A stretch of 64,000 nt of DNA. Source: Desulfomonilia bacterium. GTDB taxonomy: Bacteria > Desulfobacterota > Desulfomonilia > UBA1062. The notes beneath the pieces are model-generated. The model worked only from the letters and a program-made list of their open reading frames with translations, did not search any database and was not told where the DNA came from. The stretch is from assembly GCA_963664325.2 (NCBI GenBank), contig CAXXDQ010000006.1, forward strand, positions 102,815-166,814. Direction: 5' to 3'. Made by a program: the position numbers and the translations under genes. Shown one piece after another: positions 59,360-64,000 of this stretch; position 1 is the stretch's first letter, and each line of letters opens with the position of its first letter.

Positions 59360-61897
59360 ATGAGGAAATCTTATTTCGGCATCTTGGTTGTTATTGCCCT
59401 TGTTTTATTGTCCATAAAAAGCCTGTCTGCAGCCGGAATGGCCACCCACAGCGATGTAAGCGAGCGGGCTGCCGCCACGTTTTATTCAACCGCATATCCC
59501 GAATATAACGGGTTTGTCCAGAAGTACAGGGACGCAATCCAGGCCGGGTGCAGATTCCCTGACTGGGGTTACTGGACGGGATATCAGGATGCGTCGGAAG
59601 ACGCCCACTGGTACCCTTTCATAAAGGCCGCTGCTAACCTCTATCACAGCAGGTACAGGCAGGATATAAATTCCCCTGACTCAAAAAAGGCGGAAAAAGC
59701 AGGCCGCTACGCCGCTTTCGTATTAGGCCTCATGTGCCACCATAAGGCCGATGTTGCATGGCATGATCGAGCTAACGGTTTTGTTGAAAATATGGGGCAG
59801 CAGAATTTTTACCAAAGTTTTGACAATGCCCATCAGATAGCTGATTTCGGCGGGGACATAGCATGCGCACACGAATTCGACATGTCCTGGATTCAGGATA
59901 GGATTTGGGTTCCTGCCGATGACATGGCAGAGATTTACCATGATAAATATCCAGAGATAACCTCACAATTTATAGCTAATGCGAACAGGCTTATGTTTAT
60001 AGCCACCCAGGCCGAGACAAACGCCGGTTATCTTTTATTTTCCATACCGGCAGGAAAATCAGTTTTCCTTGTAGATGAGCTGCAGGACTTCTTTACGGGC
60101 GGCCTTGACGACATGTCCGTGAAGACTCTATGGGGGTGGGATGAGGCGATAGAGTGGATGGAAAACGGCGTGGCGCCTGAACCTTTGACATTTGGGCTGC
60201 AGAATTCTGCTGATGGGAACAGCCTTGTTTCAATGGCCGGCAGCAGTCTTGACACAAAGGGGATCAATGTAAATGAAACGGATGTTGCGGGCGGTGTTAT
60301 GTTGAGCCTTGAAAAGGGCGCAGAAAAAACCGCTGCAACGGGAATTTCCACAAAACCGGAACAGGCAGATTTTATGGCAACAGGCGCAAAGGCATATTCA
60401 TATGCCGGGAAAAGCCTGAGCAAAGGCGATTTTAATAATGACGGGATTGATGACCTTGTAATCGGCGCACCCGGTTATGAAACGCCCGGACACCCCGACC
60501 TTGGGGCAGTGTATGTGGTCTACGGCAGAAAGGATGCAAAAACAGATTTTGCCTCCGGGATGGATTTAAACAGTGCGGACGTTGTTTTAACGGGTAAGGT
60601 GGACGGCGGCAGGTTCGGCTGGGCTGTTACAGTCCTGGACTTCAATCTTGACGGATACGATGACCTCGTTGTTTCAGCCCCTCTGGAAGGAGCCCGTGAG
60701 AGCCTTTATACCGGGAAGGTCTATGTCTTTTCGGGTTCAAATGCAGGTATCGCTAAAGAACCGTCCATTATTATTAATGATTCGGCAGAGACCGCCAATC
60801 TCGGGTTCAGCCTTGCGACAGGCGACCTGAACGGTGACGGGAACCCGGACCTTGTCATAGGTGCACCTTTCAGGGGGGTGATAACTTATGCTGGAGACGG
60901 TAAAATCCTTAGCGAACAGTGCGGGAGTGTTGCGATATTCAACTCGTCGAAAAACAGGATAGACAATAGCATATTGAGCCTTGATGATGCATGGCGCGTA
61001 TTAAACGGCGAACAGGAATATTCATGGTTCGGTTATCATGTGGAGGTCCTCAAAAATCCGGACGGTATGCTCATTGTCGGCGCGCCTGCATACAATTCCG
61101 ACAAGCAGGATGTCGGAAGGATTTACGGTTATAGTCTGACAGGACTGCGAACCGGTCAGGCCGGCATGATACCGAAATTCACGCTGAGCGGTGAAGACGA
61201 GTTCGAAGGCCTCGGGTCTTCATTTGCGGCAGGCGACCCGTATGGAACGGGAGAGACGGTCCTTGCGGTATCTTCACCGGCAAAAGACCTGATGCTGTTC
61301 AGCCGGTTTTTACTGCTCGATCAGACTGGATCCGTGCTGCTGGTCCGGGTATCTTCACTTGATGATGACCTTAAAGTAGCTGATGTTGAACCCGTTGCAG
61401 TCATAAACGGCTCAAGACCCTTTTCAAGATATGGCGCCAGGGTCGCCTTTGCCGACTTCAATGCCGACGGGATTGACGATTTGTGGATCAGCGAGACCAT
61501 GAGGGCAATCGATTATAAACTCGAATCAGGGGCCGTGTATTACTTTAAAGGCGGGAAAACCATGCCTGCCGGAACAATCCTCTCATCAATGGCCAAGCCG
61601 GATATGACAATTGCTGAAGGCGGCGGAAAGTCGCAGTTCGGCTCATGTTTCGGCTTCCTTGATCTCAATGCCGATGACGCGCTGGATGCGGCCATCTCGG
61701 CACCCAGGGCAACCGGCCCGGACGGCAGGCTTGAGGGCGCGGTCTATATAATGCTCTCGCCGGACGGCGGCAATCCCGGGCCTGTACCCGTTGATCCCGA
61801 TGGTCCTGCAGGAGGGGAAGGCGCAACCGGGGCCGACAATCCATCATCAAGCGACGGCAGCGGAAGCATCTGTTTTGTTAAGACCTGCGTGTTATAA
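59360..61897 (+). CDS. GPI-specific phospholipase D (GPLD1)-like secreted protein with 7 FG-GAP repeats and a CFV tail
   Basis: Zn-PLC-like domain TH, AG.FPD, E..HW.PF, H..ADV.WH, AH..D.GGD, GGLDDM; FG-GAP repeats; ends GSGSI-CFVKTCVL. Confidence 0.85.
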   Translation: MRKSYFGILVVIALVLLSIKSLSAAGMATHSDVSERAAATFYSTAYPEYNGFVQKYRDAIQAGCRFPDWGYWTGYQDASEDAHWYPFIKAAANLYHSRYRQDINSPDSKKAEKAGRYAAFVLGLMCHHKADVAWHDRANGFVENMGQQNFYQSFDNAHQIADFGGDIACAHEFDMSWIQDRIWVPADDMAEIYHDKYPEITSQFIANANRLMFIATQAETNAGYLLFSIPAGKSVFLVDELQDFFTGGLDDMSVKTLWGWDEAIEWMENGVAPEPLTFGLQNSADGNSLVSMAGSSLDTKGINVNETDVAGGVMLSLEKGAEKTAATGISTKPEQADFMATGAKAYSYAGKSLSKGDFNNDGIDDLVIGAPGYETPGHPDLGAVYVVYGRKDAKTDFASGMDLNSADVVLTGKVDGGRFGWAVTVLDFNLDGYDDLVVSAPLEGARESLYTGKVYVFSGSNAGIAKEPSIIINDSAETANLGFSLATGDLNGDGNPDLVIGAPFRGVITYAGDGKILSEQCGSVAIFNSSKNRIDNSILSLDDAWRVLNGEQEYSWFGYHVEVLKNPDGMLIVGAPAYNSDKQDVGRIYGYSLTGLRTGQAGMIPKFTLSGEDEFEGLGSSFAAGDPYGTGETVLAVSSPAKDLMLFSRFLLLDQTGSVLLVRVSSLDDDLKVADVEPVAVINGSRPFSRYGARVAFADFNADGIDDLWISETMRAIDYKLESGAVYYFKGGKTMPAGTILSSMAKPDMTIAEGGGKSQFGSCFGFLDLNADDALDAAISAPRATGPDGRLEGAVYIMLSPDGGNPGPVPVDPDGPAGGEGATGADNPSSSDGSGSICFVKTCVL

Positions 61898-61996
61898 ATA
61901 CCGGCTGTATCAATAGAGGATGTTTTTTTAAGAAGGATCTTTTTCCTCAACGCCGCCGGTATCTTTAATCATTTTTATCCGGCAGGCCTTAACGGC

Positions 61997-62030
61997 GGGG
62001 CAGGGGAAATCCCCTGACCCCATATTTATT
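61997..62030. terminator. hairpin between convergent genes
   Basis: GGGGCAGGGG-AAAT-CCCCTGACCCC followed by ATATTTATT. Confidence 0.55.
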
Positions 62031-62031
62031 G

Positions 62032-62520
62032 TCATGCCGCTTTAATCTGTATCTTTTTCTTCTGCTCAACGGGTTTCGCAACTTTTGGCAGGGCTATGTT
62101 CAAAACGCCTTTCTTGAATGTCGCATCGATTTTATCGTGATCGACTTCCGAGGGTATCTGTATCACCCTGGTAAAGCTGCCGAAGGTCCTCTCTGAGTAA
62201 TAGGTCTCCTTTCCCTTCTCTTCTTTCTCCTGTGATTTTTCGCCCTTGATAGTCAGGATATCTTTTGAAAAATTGACTTCGATATCCTTTTCCTCCAGAC
62301 CGGGAAGCTCCGCAGTAACCTTGATTTCCTTCTCGTCTTCGGTCATGTCGACTCTGGGGTTAAAGGAACCGAGTTTTTCTTCAAAGGGCGAGACCTCTGA
62401 ACCGCTGAAGAAATCGTCAAAGAGGTTGTTCAAGGCCCTCTGGAAAGACGCTGCCGGGTGTTCTCCCGCCTTTGTTACACTGTTCGTTCTTCCGAATCTA
62501 AACGGCGATAGGTATCTCAT
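62032..62520 (-). CDS. Hsp20/alpha-crystallin protein
   Basis: AELPG, ERTFGSF.R, FKKGVLNI.LPK. Confidence 0.95.
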   Translation of the reverse strand: MRYLSPFRFGRTNSVTKAGEHPAASFQRALNNLFDDFFSGSEVSPFEEKLGSFNPRVDMTEDEKEIKVTAELPGLEEKDIEVNFSKDILTIKGEKSQEKEEKGKETYYSERTFGSFTRVIQIPSEVDHDKIDATFKKGVLNIALPKVAKPVEQKKKIQIKAA

Positions 62521-62550
62521 GGTTTTCTGCCTCCTTTCTCTTGTATTTTG

Positions 62551-62946
62551 TCAACCCGCCTGTATGGCGATTCTTCTCGTCTTGGCCGGCTCGGCCTTTG
62601 GGAGGACGACCTTCAGGACGCCATCCTTCATGCTGGCCTCGATCTTTTCCCTGTTGATCTCGTCGCTAAGGGTGAACTGCCTGTAATAATCTCCTGTGCC
62701 GTATTCGGCATATGTGGCCTTCCTCTGGCTGTAAATGCTTTCGTCAATGCCGCCCTCGATTGTGAGGATATCCTTGTCCAGCGTGATATTTACCCTTGAT
62801 TCGCTGGTGCCTGGCATATCCGCCAGGAGGTACAGGCTTTCGTTTGTCTCGTAAATATCAACCCTCGGGATGTATGTGCGCGAATCCCTTGTTCTTTCCG
62901 CACCTGCCGATTTTGTCTCTGTTTTTGTTCTTGCCTCTTCAGCCAT
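62551..62946 (-). CDS. Hsp20/alpha-crystallin protein
   Basis: PRVDIYE, ADMPG, MKDGVLKV.LPK. Confidence 0.95.
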   Translation of the reverse strand: MAEEARTKTETKSAGAERTRDSRTYIPRVDIYETNESLYLLADMPGTSESRVNITLDKDILTIEGGIDESIYSQRKATYAEYGTGDYYRQFTLSDEINREKIEASMKDGVLKVVLPKAEPAKTRRIAIQAG

Positions 62947-62962
62947 GTTTATTCACCTCCGT

Positions 62963-63373
62963 TTATTCTGTTGTCCTTACGCTTATCTTTCTGGGCTTAT
63001 CCGATTCGGCCCTCGGTATGGTCAGCTTGAGTATGCCCTTCTCATACACGGCCTCTATTCGTCCGCTTTCTACATTGTAGGGAAGCTTGACCGTCCTTAT
63101 AAAACTCCCGTACCCGCGTTCGTTCCTGTGCCATGCTTCCCCTTCCTTGAGATTGACCGGTTTCCTTTCCGCCTTCAGGGTCAGGGTGTCTCCGGCGACG
63201 GACAGGTCGATTTCCCTTGCATCTATCCCCGGTATCTCCGAGGTGACTACCGCATCTTCTTCTGTTGCGTAAATGTTTACCGAGGGATAAGCCTGTCTGC
63301 CCCTATTCAAAATCCTGCCCAGATCCTGATCAAAGGCCTGAACTTCTCTTAAAGGGTTTAGTATTGTGAACAT
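62963..63373 (-). CDS. Hsp20/alpha-crystallin protein
   Basis: YPSVNI, EIPG, ERGYGSF.R, YEKGIL.LTIPR. Confidence 0.95.
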   Translation of the reverse strand: MFTILNPLREVQAFDQDLGRILNRGRQAYPSVNIYATEEDAVVTSEIPGIDAREIDLSVAGDTLTLKAERKPVNLKEGEAWHRNERGYGSFIRTVKLPYNVESGRIEAVYEKGILKLTIPRAESDKPRKISVRTTE

Positions 63374-63406
63374 CTCTTACACCTCCATTGTTTTTTTCTG
63401 GAAATT

Positions 63407-63435
63407 AATTAGGGTCGCAATTTATTGATTTCAAG
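63407..63435 (-). promoter_or_regulatory. sigma32-like heat-shock promoter
   Basis: CTTGAAA-N13-ACCCTAATT upstream of the hsp20 cluster. Confidence 0.55.
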
Positions 63436-63490
63436 GGTCTGGCTGTTGTAGTAATATCATTAATATAAAAAATCTCAGGAGGAGTTTAAA

Positions 63491-64000
63491 ATGAAAGAAT
63501 TCAGGCTGATTCCAAGGATTATTTTTGCTCTGGTCATACTTACAGTATTTATTTTATCGGGGTGCGCAACCACATCCAAACCCGGAGCCATGGTAGTTGA
63601 ACAGATAACGCATACGGCAACTGTGACGAAAATTGACAGTGAAAAACGTATTGTTACGCTTAAAAAGGAAGACGGAAGCATGCAGAGCTATGTGCTTGGT
63701 GATGATGTGAAGAATTTTAACCAGATAAAGGTCGGTGATGTCGTCAACTCATCCGTACTCGAGTCAGTGGCGGTATATGTCAGGAAGTCGAACGAACAGC
63801 CTGATGCTACAGTGAGCAAATCCATAAGCGTCGCACCGAAAGGGGATAAGCCCGGCATGGTCATGACAAACACGTTTGAACTGGTAGCAAGGGTTACGGC
63901 AATTGACCTTGATAAAGGCCTGATTACGGTTAATACAGCTGATGGCGCGACCAAGACGTTTCCGATAGATAAGAATGTCAAGAACTTTAAGAATATCAAA
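63491..64000 (+). CDS. lipoprotein with tandem OB-fold-like repeats, 3'-truncated
   Basis: RBS AGGAGGAG; MKEFRL...ILSGC lipobox; ATVTKID..KR.VTL...IKVGDVV repeated; open to the window end (absent from the ORF track). Confidence 0.8.
   Translation, partial: MKEFRLIPRIIFALVILTVFILSGCATTSKPGAMVVEQITHTATVTKIDSEKRIVTLKKEDGSMQSYVLGDDVKNFNQIKVGDVVNSSVLESVAVYVRKSNEQPDATVSKSISVAPKGDKPGMVMTNTFELVARVTAIDLDKGLITVNTADGATKTFPIDKNVKNFKNIK

Noticed and set aside
62032-63373. Triple hsp20 cluster
   Set aside because: A common arrangement; ordinary heat-shock locus
63475-63999. Two minus-strand ORFs at the window end
   Set aside because: Antisense shadows of the plus-strand lipoprotein starting at 63491

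Overview
Chromosomal window from an anaerobic deltaproteobacterium (Desulfobacterota-like, inferred from the tmRNA tag ADDYNYAMAA, the accD-folC-lptD order and the ahb heme genes). Housekeeping genes include galE, gltX, an aconitase, accD, folC, lptD, gmhA, ssrA, mnmA, hemB/ahbD/ahbA, carB, manC, lemA and three hsp20 genes. Notable accessory content: (1) an arsR-hgcA-hgcB mercury-methylation operon with a non-canonical NVWCAAGR cap motif and an apparently leaderless, operator-overlapped promoter; (2) a full-length homolog of eukaryotic GPI-specific phospholipase D; (3) three unrelated secreted proteins ending in a Gly/Ser-linker + Cys-Phe-Ile/Val tail, two of them with no transmembrane helix, suggesting a C-terminal sorting system; (4) a sigma54-type operon of an orphan ATP synthase c-subunit and an output-less Cache sensor; (5) a KDSR-like reductase; (6) a modular lipoprotein family; (7) sigma28-like promoters before non-flagellar genes; (8) heptamer-repeat hairpins and a MITE-like element. 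I saw no CRISPR array, integrase, transposase or reverse transcriptase. All assignments come from motif recognition by eye; no database searches were run.
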